Shown here: piece by piece, positions 40,143 to 48,814 of the stretch
Numbering within the stretch: position 1 is the stretch's first letter
Layout: the number at the start of each line of letters is the position of its first letter
Source: an uncultured Hyphomicrobiales bacterium
GTDB lineage: Bacteria; Bacteroidota; Ignavibacteria; Kapaibacteriales; UBA2268
Direction of reading: 5' to 3'
NCBI GenBank assembly: GCA_964465945.1
Contig: CAYXMM010000002.1
Location: 66,691 to 130,690, forward strand
DNA length: 64,000 nt
Translations under genes and position numbers: made by a program
The notes under the pieces: model-generated
Told to the model about the DNA's origin: nothing
Seen by the model: only the letters and a program-made list of their open reading frames with translations
Database searches by the model: none

Positions 40143-40619
40143 TTACTGCTCCGTAGGAGTAGCACTTTCTTCTAAAATATATTTATCATCATATTCTATT
40201 TTATATGCCTCTAGTAGACTTTTATACTCTTTTTTAAAACTTACTTTTTTATGATGTTCTTTTTGATTTTCAATATAGTTAATTGTTTTCTTTAACTGAC
40301 TTTGGCTTACTGAAAATGCTGAATATCCTGTCTGCCAATAAAATCTTCCTTTAACAAATTTATTGTCTGATATCCATTTTGATGTTGATGATTTAATATC
40401 TCTTATTAAATCTGATATTAAACAATCAGGATATATACTTAATAAAATATGTATATGGTCAGTATATCCATTAATTACAAATAATTTTTGATTTTTCTGT
40501 TTTATAACTCCCGTTATATATTTGTATAACTGGTCTTCCCAATGTTCTAATATTAAGTTCTCTCGTCCTTTAACTGCAAAAACAATATGCAGATATATTT
40601 GTGTGTATGTATTTGGCAT
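40143..40619 (-). mobile_element. IS200-like / REP-associated tyrosine transposase (Y1 HuH transposase)
   Basis: 158-aa ORF with the HuH motif (DHIHILLS) and the catalytic-Tyr motif INYIENQ. Its ends are embedded in 17-bp inverted repeats: TGCTCCGTAGGAGTAGC at 40136..40152 and its reverse complement at 40651..40667. Confidence 0.8.
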
Positions 40620-40950
40620 AATATTATTGTATCTGATTTTTATATTCTACTCCTACGGAGCAGGTTGTATTGTTGTATCGTTTGCTATTGATATTAAACT
40701 GCTACGCAGCTTTAAAATATTTTTGCCTTTGTGTTCCACCTGCCCATTAATCCCGTCGGGATAATATGTTTATAGTATTATTTTAGTTAGTATGGATACG
40801 ACTCCGACGGAGTCTCACCTTGTTTTTAGTTTTTTTTTGCTATAAACGTTTGAATCCGAGGGATTCGGGTTTGGCTAAAGCCATTATTTATTTGGTGTTA
40901 TGTGATAGGGCTGAAGCCCATTCCTATTGATTTTATTGATATTTTAAATT
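40620..40950. repeat. REP-like imperfect repeats flanking the 5' side of the RAYT gene
   Basis: CTCCTACGGAGCAG, CTGCTACGCAGC, TTCCACCTGCCCAT, CGACTCCGACGGAGTC, GGGCTGAAGCCCATTCCTATTGATTT. Several partner with motifs in 39940..40142. Confidence 0.55.
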
Positions 40951-40952
40951 AT

Positions 40953-41711
40953 TTAATTATTATCATAACTAGCTGTGTCTATACCAGAATGCTTGTAAAT
41001 AACTTGATTTGAATTTTGATTTTGATTTGTTTTATTTATTTCTGTTTCAAATTTCTGTAAATCTTCTTGTTCTATATCATCTTTTAAAATATAATTCTTG
41101 AATATATTCCATAATACTCTTAATATAAAACTAAAGATATAATAAGTAAAGTATAATAAAACCATTAGCAATAAAAAATCATCATATTCTAACTTTACAA
41201 ATAAAAATATTACTACAATAAGACCAAGTAATAAAATTGTAAATTTAATTGGGACTTCTAGTTTGTCTTCATAAATCTTTTCAATTCTTTTTATTTGATT
41301 TTTAATTGTTATTCTGAAATCATTGTTATTACTTTCAACCTTCCTAATGATATCTTCGTTTTTATTAGTTTTTGAATAAGATATTTCATAATTAAAAATT
41401 CTAAATAATTTTCCTGAAGAATTTAATTTTAATTTGTTTCTAAAAATAACATCTAAAAATAAAATGACTGCCCAAATCACATCTACTATATTCCAAAGTT
41501 CCCTTCCAAATGATATTTTAAAAAAAGGGTTAATTAGTATAGCTGATCCAATCCAAAGTATTAATAAGGGTTTCTGTTCTTTATCTAAGTAAGCAAAATA
41601 GATAAACCCAATCATTCCTGCTAATCTAACAAACATATAATATCCATAAGGCATATTTATTAAACAAATCAGGAATATAACAGCTAATATTATTTTTACT
41701 ATTCTCATCAT
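40953..41711 (-). CDS. hypothetical polytopic membrane protein (third gene of the cassette downstream of the MmeI-like gene)
   Basis: Three N-terminal TM helices, a charged middle segment, two more TM helices and an N/Q-rich tail. No recognisable motif. Confidence 0.5.
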   Translation of the reverse strand: MMRIVKIILAVIFLICLINMPYGYYMFVRLAGMIGFIYFAYLDKEQKPLLILWIGSAILINPFFKISFGRELWNIVDVIWAVILFLDVIFRNKLKLNSSGKLFRIFNYEISYSKTNKNEDIIRKVESNNNDFRITIKNQIKRIEKIYEDKLEVPIKFTILLLGLIVVIFLFVKLEYDDFLLLMVLLYFTYYIFSFILRVLWNIFKNYILKDDIEQEDLQKFETEINKTNQNQNSNQVIYKHSGIDTASYDNN

Positions 41712-41725
41712 AATTAAAAATTATT

Positions 41726-42493
41726 TTATTTATTTTTCACTTTTTGATGTTCTGAAATAAAGTCATGAATATATGTGTTGTTAAGATGAAGATCATTTCT
41801 CATCATGTCAATAAGACTGTCAAAATTTTCAGATATCGTAACAAGTTTTTTTTCTATTTCGGCAGGCATATCTTGAACTTCTTTTGAAAATTCCATTTTC
41901 TGAATTTCGTGGATTTCAAATAGAGATTTCATGAGTTTCTGAAATTCATCCCTAATTGAATTAGGAAATAAGCTGCTGTTGTCCAAGGAATTTTTCTTTA
42001 TTCTATTTAACAGTGAGGATCCAAAGTTCAAGTAGACAGAACGATAGTATTCATATGAGTCTTCGATAATAGCATTTCCTTCATGGTAAATTTGTTCAAC
42101 ATTAAACAGATCTGACTTAGACTTTATTAAGTCTTTGAGTGAGCTTGTTTTGTCCTTAAAGATTTCATTTTGTACTGATTGAAGAGAAGAAATTACTATC
42201 GGTTGAAATGAAGACTTGATTTGATTAATCTCAACTTGGTTTTTGTCAGTTTCAGTCTCAACTCTTTTTAATTCCGCTCTTTCTTTTTTTCTAGTTAGAA
42301 GACGTGTAATCCAAAATGTAAGAAGTGTAACAAGTAGCGGAAATACTAACGATATTAATATGGGATTTGTTAGAAAACTATAGTCATCTTTTTTAGATTG
42401 AATAGCCTCTATTGTTATCTTTCCTTCTTTATTGTTATAGGAAATAACTTCGTCTAAATTGACTTTATATATTGTCGTATCTTTTTGGTTCAT
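41726..42493 (-). CDS. hypothetical single-pass membrane protein with long helical/coiled-coil C-terminal region
   Basis: One TM segment (PILISLVFPLLVTLLTFWITRLL), then a K/E-rich helical region. Sits 14 bp upstream of the next gene. Confidence 0.5.
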   Translation of the reverse strand: MNQKDTTIYKVNLDEVISYNNKEGKITIEAIQSKKDDYSFLTNPILISLVFPLLVTLLTFWITRLLTRKKERAELKRVETETDKNQVEINQIKSSFQPIVISSLQSVQNEIFKDKTSSLKDLIKSKSDLFNVEQIYHEGNAIIEDSYEYYRSVYLNFGSSLLNRIKKNSLDNSSLFPNSIRDEFQKLMKSLFEIHEIQKMEFSKEVQDMPAEIEKKLVTISENFDSLIDMMRNDLHLNNTYIHDFISEHQKVKNK

Positions 42494-42561
42494 TTTTAAT
42501 TAGGCCTCAATTTGTTGTTAAAATAATATTTTTTACTTACAAAATAAATACAATTCCCCAC

Positions 42562-43215
42562 CTACTCCTCCTCACAAATTTTGATTTCTGCTCTTTGTAA
42601 ATAACTATCTAAATTGTTTTGTCTATCAAATATTAAAGCAATTGTGTATTGCAATTTTGTTATAGTTAAAACATTGAATTTAGGTAATGGTATTAGGCAA
42701 CGAAAACCATCAACATATACTAAAATAAATGATTCTATTGTATTATTATTATATGATAAATGATAATGAAAACTGCTTGCTTTTGGATCAGGAAATTTAT
42801 TAGCCCACGTCTCTACAAAATTATCATTTAATTCATCATTAATGTTATGCGAATATAACTTTAATTTTGGATCATTTTTATAAATAGATTTGTCGAATTC
42901 ATTATCTTCACTTGTTTCCCAATCAAAAATAGAATTAGTCATAGCTACAAATTCAAGAATTTCATTTTTACTCATATCACTTAATTTCTTCGGTGGTGGA
43001 TCAAAGTGATTTGCTATTGCTTTAGAGCTAAATAAGGCACCAGATAGAAAATATAATAATACGCTAATTGGTTCAAAAATTCCTAAGTCGTTAAATATTA
43101 TCCATAAAATTGTAATTATAATTGCTACAACTGCCTTTATAAAAGCAGTTACAAATATTTTTGAAATATTATTTCTTAAAAACTTAGCAAATTTAATAAC
43201 TTTCGTTTCCATCAC
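42562..43215 (-). CDS. hypothetical membrane-anchored protein, translationally coupled to the MmeI-like gene
   Basis: Two N-terminal TM helices plus a ~150-aa soluble domain. The start ATG overlaps the stop of the R-M gene (ATGA at 43212..43215). Confidence 0.5.
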   Translation of the reverse strand: MMETKVIKFAKFLRNNISKIFVTAFIKAVVAIIITILWIIFNDLGIFEPISVLLYFLSGALFSSKAIANHFDPPPKKLSDMSKNEILEFVAMTNSIFDWETSEDNEFDKSIYKNDPKLKLYSHNINDELNDNFVETWANKFPDPKASSFHYHLSYNNNTIESFILVYVDGFRCLIPLPKFNVLTITKLQYTIALIFDRQNNLDSYLQRAEIKICEEE

Positions 43216-45947
43216 CCCCTCCTCTTCTTTTTACCGGTTGTGAATAAATCGGCGGTGTATTTTTCGTATAGTTGGAATAGGTATTCTAATCGCTCGGCTT
43301 CGGTGGTGAAAGGGGCGGAGCGATAGGATTTGTCAACTGCTTTGTCTAATTCGTTGTGGGCTTTTACTAAGTCTGGGGGCATTGTTAATGGGTCGTATAA
43401 TACTGCCAATGAGGACTCTGGGTATTTTGCTCTGATGTCTAATACTTGTTGGGCTTTTTCTTCGATTGCTTGTATTTGTTTTTCTGTAGGGTTTTCTGGC
43501 CAAGGATAGTTATTATAAACTATATCTTTTGAATATCTATAATCACTTTTCAATCTTCCACAGACTGTTTTTACCCAATTCATGTGCATAATTGAAGATA
43601 ATACACCAAAATGGAAATGAGTCGCATTTGGAAGTGAGAACATAGTATCACTAACAATCACGTCTTTTTTAAAAAATCCAATAGGAATATATTTCCTATT
43701 TTCAGAAGTTGTTCTTGGGATTATTAGATAATCATTCTCTGGTTGAGTTATTTGTCTAAATAATGTATGAGAAGTATAATCCCTGGTAGACTTAGCTTTA
43801 CTTTCACTTCTGAATTTTCTAACTAATTCAATTCTTTTTAAAATAAAGGGCATTTTTTTTAATTCATCAGGTTTAATGTCTTTCAACCATATGCACCATC
43901 TTTTTTTGTTATTTAAAAATTCTCTTGCACTTATAAATGGTTTTATTACATTTGAAGATAATGGATCATTTATAACAAAATCTTTTTTTTCTTCATCATC
44001 TAACAAGTAATGGCCACCATCAGTTGGTTTATTTCCATATTTCATTGATGGAACATTACATACTGGAAATGTTCTATTTTGGATTAATATATTAGGAGCA
44101 TCAATCAAATAAGGGTTTATATTTTTAACTTTAATTACGTATCCATCACCTTTAATGTCTGGGTAATCATAGATTTTTTTATTTTTAATATCATAATTTG
44201 CAAAACCAATTATTACACAATAGACAGCGGCTTTATCTTTAGCTTCATTAGACCATTTGAAAGTACGATGAGCGAAGTGAATATATATATTATATTTTTC
44301 TAATAAAGTATACCATAAAATTCCTACTTGTTCACCTTGGACTAATGAATTTGTTGATACTAAAGCTACTTTTATATTAGTGCCTTGAATGTATTTTAAT
44401 GATAAATAAAACCAAGCAGAAACAAAATCAAGTACCCCATTTGCTTTTATATCATTTAGAACATTTGTCATATCTAATTTTTGTTCTTTTGTTTGTAAAT
44501 GATGTCCAATAAATGGTGGATTACCAATAATATAAGATAGTTCGTTTTTGTTGATTACATCGTTCCAATCAAGTTTTAAGGCGTTTGCATTATGGATATT
44601 AGCGGATTTGACAAGTGGGATACGAGTTAAGTATTGTCCGAACTCATTACTGACTTTTATATTCATTTGGTGGTCGATAAGCCACATAGCAACTTCGGCG
44701 ATACGAGCAGGGAATTCTTCGAGTTCGATACCATACATCATATCTACATTGAGTTTAATCATTTCGCTAATTTCGAGAATTTGCTGACCATCGTCGTATA
44801 GTTTTTTTAGGATTTCGATTTCAAGTAGGCGTAGTTCTCTATAAGTGATAATTAGGAAATTGCCACAACCACAAGCTGGGTCAAGGAATTTGAGTTTGCT
44901 TAGTTTATCGTGGAATTGAGTAAGTTTATTTTTGTTATGTTTTACATTATTAAATTCTTCCCATAATTCATCAAGGAAAAGTGGCTTAATAAGTTTTAAG
45001 ATGTTTTTTTCTGAAGTGTAATGAGCACCGAGATTTCTTCTTTCTGTTGGGTCCATAACAGATTGGAACATAGAGCCGAAAATCGCAGGTGAGATTTTAC
45101 TCCAATCGAGATAGCAACATTCGAGAAGGGTTTGTCGCATCTTTGAATCAAAACTTGCAATAGGAAGAACTTCTTCGAATAACTTTCCATTTATATAAGG
45201 AAAAGCGTTGAGTTGTTCGTCGATGTTTTTAAATCTTTTTTCTCTTGGGGTATTAAGAACTTGGAAGAGTTCTTGTAAGCGAGAGGCAAGGTCAGAGCCA
45301 TCTGGTTGGGTTCTTTCTTCTATGAAAAATTGGAAAGATTGCCTATCGAAAATACCAGTATCTTCTGCGAATAAACAGAATAAAATTCTAACAAGATAAA
45401 CTTCGAGTTCGTGGCCAGAATAGCCAATTTCTTCTAATCTATCATGAAATTTACCGAGTAATTCAGCTGCTTTGATATTAACAGGGTCTTGTTCTTTGAA
45501 TACTTTTTGTTCGTAGCCAGCGATGAAATCAAAGTAATGTAGATTATCGAGGAGTTCAGAAATTAAAAATATGTGTTTGGTGTTTTCTTCCAAATGATAA
45601 AGATGGAATTGATTAAAGTCTGAAACTAAAATATATCTTGGGAGTTCATATTGCGGAATATTATATAAATAATCTTTTGCTTGTTGGAATGCTTTTTCAA
45701 GGTCTTTGCCTCTGCTTTTCATTTCAACAATAATAGTTGCCTTCCAGAAAAGGTCGATATATCCGTCGTTTTCGTTAAGTTTTTTTACTTTATGTTCGAA
45801 GGTGGCGATTCTTTTTCTTTCAACACCAAAGATTTTGAAGAAGTCTTCAAGAAATGGTTTTGCTTCGGCATCTTCGCTTGTTTCGTCTTTCCATTTGTCA
45901 ATAAAAGCGACTGCTCTTTGTTTTATTTCGTTTTTGCTAAGGGGCAT
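43212..45947 (-). CDS. MmeI-family Type IIL restriction-modification enzyme (fused PD-ExK endonuclease + gamma-class N6-adenine methyltransferase + TRD)
   Basis: N-terminus MPLSKNEIKQRAVAFIDKW...AKPFLEDFFKIFGV...DLFWKATIIVEMKSRGKDL parallels the MmeI N-terminal nuclease domain (D...E-x-K), as recalled from memory. SAM motif I FLDPACGCGNFL, motif IV IIGNPPFIG and the conserved YRELRLLEIE / HYTSEKNILKLIKPLFLDEL blocks are present. 911 aa. Confidence 0.8.
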   Translation of the reverse strand: MPLSKNEIKQRAVAFIDKWKDETSEDAEAKPFLEDFFKIFGVERKRIATFEHKVKKLNENDGYIDLFWKATIIVEMKSRGKDLEKAFQQAKDYLYNIPQYELPRYILVSDFNQFHLYHLEENTKHIFLISELLDNLHYFDFIAGYEQKVFKEQDPVNIKAAELLGKFHDRLEEIGYSGHELEVYLVRILFCLFAEDTGIFDRQSFQFFIEERTQPDGSDLASRLQELFQVLNTPREKRFKNIDEQLNAFPYINGKLFEEVLPIASFDSKMRQTLLECCYLDWSKISPAIFGSMFQSVMDPTERRNLGAHYTSEKNILKLIKPLFLDELWEEFNNVKHNKNKLTQFHDKLSKLKFLDPACGCGNFLIITYRELRLLEIEILKKLYDDGQQILEISEMIKLNVDMMYGIELEEFPARIAEVAMWLIDHQMNIKVSNEFGQYLTRIPLVKSANIHNANALKLDWNDVINKNELSYIIGNPPFIGHHLQTKEQKLDMTNVLNDIKANGVLDFVSAWFYLSLKYIQGTNIKVALVSTNSLVQGEQVGILWYTLLEKYNIYIHFAHRTFKWSNEAKDKAAVYCVIIGFANYDIKNKKIYDYPDIKGDGYVIKVKNINPYLIDAPNILIQNRTFPVCNVPSMKYGNKPTDGGHYLLDDEEKKDFVINDPLSSNVIKPFISAREFLNNKKRWCIWLKDIKPDELKKMPFILKRIELVRKFRSESKAKSTRDYTSHTLFRQITQPENDYLIIPRTTSENRKYIPIGFFKKDVIVSDTMFSLPNATHFHFGVLSSIMHMNWVKTVCGRLKSDYRYSKDIVYNNYPWPENPTEKQIQAIEEKAQQVLDIRAKYPESSLAVLYDPLTMPPDLVKAHNELDKAVDKSYRSAPFTTEAERLEYLFQLYEKYTADLFTTGKKKRRG

Positions 45948-45969
45948 AATTTTAAGTAATTTTATTTAT

Positions 45970-46989
45970 TTAAAACATTGAGTTTTCGTCGTTTTTGGTT
46001 CGTTTTAGTCCTAACTGAATATATGCTTTATCGGTAGTCTGTCGACCTCTTGCTGTTCGTTGTATAAACCCTTGTCTTATTAAAAATGGTTCGTAAACTT
46101 CTTCGATTGTGTCGGATTCTTCGCCAACTGCGACTGCAATGGTGTTGATTCCGACGGGTCCTCCGTTGAATTTTTCGATTATTGTTTGTAGTATTCGTTT
46201 GTCCATTTCATCTAAGCCAAACTCGTCGACGTCTAAGGCGTTGAGTGTTTCTTTGGCTATGTTTTTGTCTAATAGTCCGTTGTTTTTTACTTCGGCGAAG
46301 TCTCTTGCTCGGCGTAGGAGCATATTGGCTATTCTTGGTGTTCCTCGCGAGCGTCTGGCTATTTCTGATGCTCCTTCAAGTTCTATGTTTATGTTGAGTA
46401 GTCCTGCGGAGCGAATTATTACTTTTATTAGTTCTTCGTCGTTGTAATAGTCTAATCGGTTTATTACTCCGAAACGTGAGCGTAGGGGAGCGGTTAGTAG
46501 TCCGGCTCTTGTTGTTGCTCCGATTAGTGTGAATTTTGGTATTGAGATTTGGACTGTACGTGCTGATGGTCCTGAGTCTATCATTATGTCGAGTTTATAG
46601 TCTTCCATTGCTGAGTATAAGTATTCTTCGACGACTGCTGAAAGTCGGTGTATTTCGTCTATAAATAGTATATCGCCTTCTTCTAAGTCAGTTAAGAGTC
46701 CAGCTAAGTCTCCAGGTTTTTCAAGTACTGGACCTGAAGTTGTTTTTATGTTTGTTCCCATTTCTCTTGAAATGATATAGCTTAGAGTTGTTTTTCCAAG
46801 TCCAGGGGGACCTGTTAGAAGGACGTGGTCTAATGCTTCTGACCTGTTTTTAGCAGCTTCAATGAAGATTTTTAGGTTATCAATTATTTTTTGTTGACCT
46901 ACAAATTCGTCAAAAACTGAGGGTCTTAATTTTTGGTCGAAATCTTCTTTTTGATTGCTTTGGTTGACTATTTCTCTAAATTCACTCAT
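45970..46989 (-). CDS. ruvB: Holliday junction branch-migration ATPase RuvB
   Basis: [12 protein letters not shown] Walker A motif, the RuvB-specific N-terminal LRP...EFVGQ, and a winged-helix C-terminus. Confidence 0.95.
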   Translation of the reverse strand: MSEFREIVNQSNQKEDFDQKLRPSVFDEFVGQQKIIDNLKIFIEAAKNRSEALDHVLLTGPPGLGKTTLSYIISREMGTNIKTTSGPVLEKPGDLAGLLTDLEEGDILFIDEIHRLSAVVEEYLYSAMEDYKLDIMIDSGPSARTVQISIPKFTLIGATTRAGLLTAPLRSRFGVINRLDYYNDEELIKVIIRSAGLLNINIELEGASEIARRSRGTPRIANMLLRRARDFAEVKNNGLLDKNIAKETLNALDVDEFGLDEMDKRILQTIIEKFNGGPVGINTIAVAVGEESDTIEEVYEPFLIRQGFIQRTARGRQTTDKAYIQLGLKRTKNDENSMF

Positions 46990-47986
46990 CTTTTTTATTT
47001 TCGTTTCTGTGTAAATGGACTGGGCATTTTCTTACTCCGTGTAGGATACAATCTCTTGGGCATGGTGTTGCATAAACTCTTGAAATTGCAGTAGGATAAA
47101 CGCTTTTTATTTGTCCTTGAATTTTTTTTTCCATAACTAACTTTTCTTCCATTGAGTAATCATAAGGAAGCATTATGTCAAGTTCAACGAAATAGTCTTT
47201 GCCTGATTGTCTTGTATGAACGGATTTGAATTCGCACATTTCGTGGACGTTTTCGGCGACTACTGCTATTATATCAAATTGAATATCATCGGGTAGAGTT
47301 TTGTCGAGTAATTGGTTAAGAGCGTCTTTTGAACCTTTAAGCGGGATTCTAAGGGCAAGAGCTGTTAGCATAAACGCAGTTAATGAATCTATTTGCTTTG
47401 CTATGTAATCTAAACCGAAGAAAATTAAAATAGTACCGAGTAATAAGTTGCATAGCACACCTAATTCGATGTAACTATCTGTTTTCCAAATCTCTGCGTC
47501 AAATTTAAGGATTGGTATTCTGAATCTTTTTGCGCTTGATTTTTGGTATTTATACATTCCATACATTAAGAAAAATGAAAAGAGCGAATAGAAAGATAGG
47601 AATGAATAGTTACCACTTTCGTAATCACCTTTAATATATACAATTATAACTTCCCAAAGTGCATATCCAAGTACTGCTAAGAGTAGAATTGCACTGATTA
47701 ATAATGTTAAACTTTCATACTTTCCGTAGCCGTAGTTGAAGACGTAGTCAGGAGTTCTAACTGAATGATTAACTGCAATCATCAGTAGAACTGAATTAAC
47801 AACGTCAATTAGTGCTATAAATCCGTTAATTTGAACTGCTAATGACGATTCTTGCGAACCGAGAATTATACCTGAAATTGCTAAAATTAATCCAACAAGT
47901 AATGAAAGTCTTGTTGAGAGTAAGGGAGAGCTTGGGTCTAATATGTTTTTAATTTTTGTTGATATGTTAGATTTATAATTGTGCAT
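46982..47986 (-). CDS. cation diffusion facilitator (CDF) family transporter
   Basis: Six-TM N-terminal domain plus a cytoplasmic C-terminal domain. Overlaps the ruvB start by 8 bp. Confidence 0.65.
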   Translation of the reverse strand: MHNYKSNISTKIKNILDPSSPLLSTRLSLLVGLILAISGIILGSQESSLAVQINGFIALIDVVNSVLLMIAVNHSVRTPDYVFNYGYGKYESLTLLISAILLLAVLGYALWEVIIVYIKGDYESGNYSFLSFYSLFSFFLMYGMYKYQKSSAKRFRIPILKFDAEIWKTDSYIELGVLCNLLLGTILIFFGLDYIAKQIDSLTAFMLTALALRIPLKGSKDALNQLLDKTLPDDIQFDIIAVVAENVHEMCEFKSVHTRQSGKDYFVELDIMLPYDYSMEEKLVMEKKIQGQIKSVYPTAISRVYATPCPRDCILHGVRKCPVHLHRNENKKDE

Positions 47987-48061
47987 TTTGTTTTCAATCT
48001 ATATTTTACAAAATTACAAATATTTAGTTATTGATTTTATGTTATTAATTAACAATATGAT

Positions 48062-48781
48062 TTATCTGCAATCATGATAGCCACCATCTATGTTTAAGTA
48101 TTGTGCTGTGATATATATAGAGCAGGTTGCAAAGAAATAAGCTACGTCGAAAATGTCATTAATATTAGCATAACGTTGCATAGGGATTGAGTTTATGTTA
48201 TTTTTTGTTTGGTCATCTGGTTTTTCTTCTAAATTAACATAACCTGGATTTATTGCATTAACACTGATGTTAGGTGCGAGTTCTCGAGCGAGTGATTTTG
48301 TCAGGGTCAGTGCTGCTGATTTGCTAAGGTTATATTCTATTCTATTTTTCCAAATTTCAAGAGAACCTACTGAATGAATATTAATGATTTTAGAACCTTT
48401 CTTAGCTAACTTGGCGAACTCTTTAGAAATGAATAGGATAGATTTAGTATTGATGTTTAACGCTTTGTCAATGTCATCGTTTGTAATTTCATAAATAGTT
48501 TTTGTTGGTGGAAAAATTCCTGAATTATTTATTAACACGTCTGGAACTCCAAACTCTGAAAATGCTCTTGGGAATTTGCTTTCAATTTCTGAAATATTAG
48601 AAATATCTGCTTGAAAGATATGGCATTTACCTCCCACATTTAAAATATCATTTTGCGTTTTTAAAGCACCTTGTTGAGATTTATTATAATGAATGATAAC
48701 TTCCCAATTATGTTGAGCGAATAGGAGGGCTAATTCTCTTCCTATCCGTCTACCGGCGCCTGTTATTAATATTTTTTTCAT
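48062..48781 (-). CDS. SDR-family oxidoreductase (pteridine-reductase/FolM-like)
   Basis: TGAGRRIG cofactor-binding motif and the YNLSK catalytic YxxxK motif. Confidence 0.75.
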   Translation of the reverse strand: MKKILITGAGRRIGRELALLFAQHNWEVIIHYNKSQQGALKTQNDILNVGGKCHIFQADISNISEIESKFPRAFSEFGVPDVLINNSGIFPPTKTIYEITNDDIDKALNINTKSILFISKEFAKLAKKGSKIINIHSVGSLEIWKNRIEYNLSKSAALTLTKSLARELAPNISVNAINPGYVNLEEKPDDQTKNNINSIPMQRYANINDIFDVAYFFATCSIYITAQYLNIDGGYHDCR

Positions 48782-48814
48782 TAAATTACTTTTTTTTTAT
48801 GAGGAAAATTTAAA

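Noticed and set aside
43212-45947. Possibility that the 911-aa protein is a BREX PglX methyltransferase
   Set aside because: It has the MmeI-type N-terminal nuclease region and MmeI length, and no PglZ/BrxC/BrxL-like genes are nearby. The neighbours are small membrane proteins instead.
44548-45981. Small plus-strand ORFs (44548..44787, 45208..45399, 45681..45959, 45706..45981)
   Set aside because: Antisense to the MmeI-like coding sequence.
46109-46447. 112-aa plus-strand ORF inside ruvB
   Set aside because: Antisense shadow ORF within a highly conserved gene.
48782-48814. 33-bp divergent intergenic region between the SDR and the S8 peptidase gene as a special regulatory element
   Set aside because: Simply a very short AT-rich divergent promoter region with no distinctive structure.
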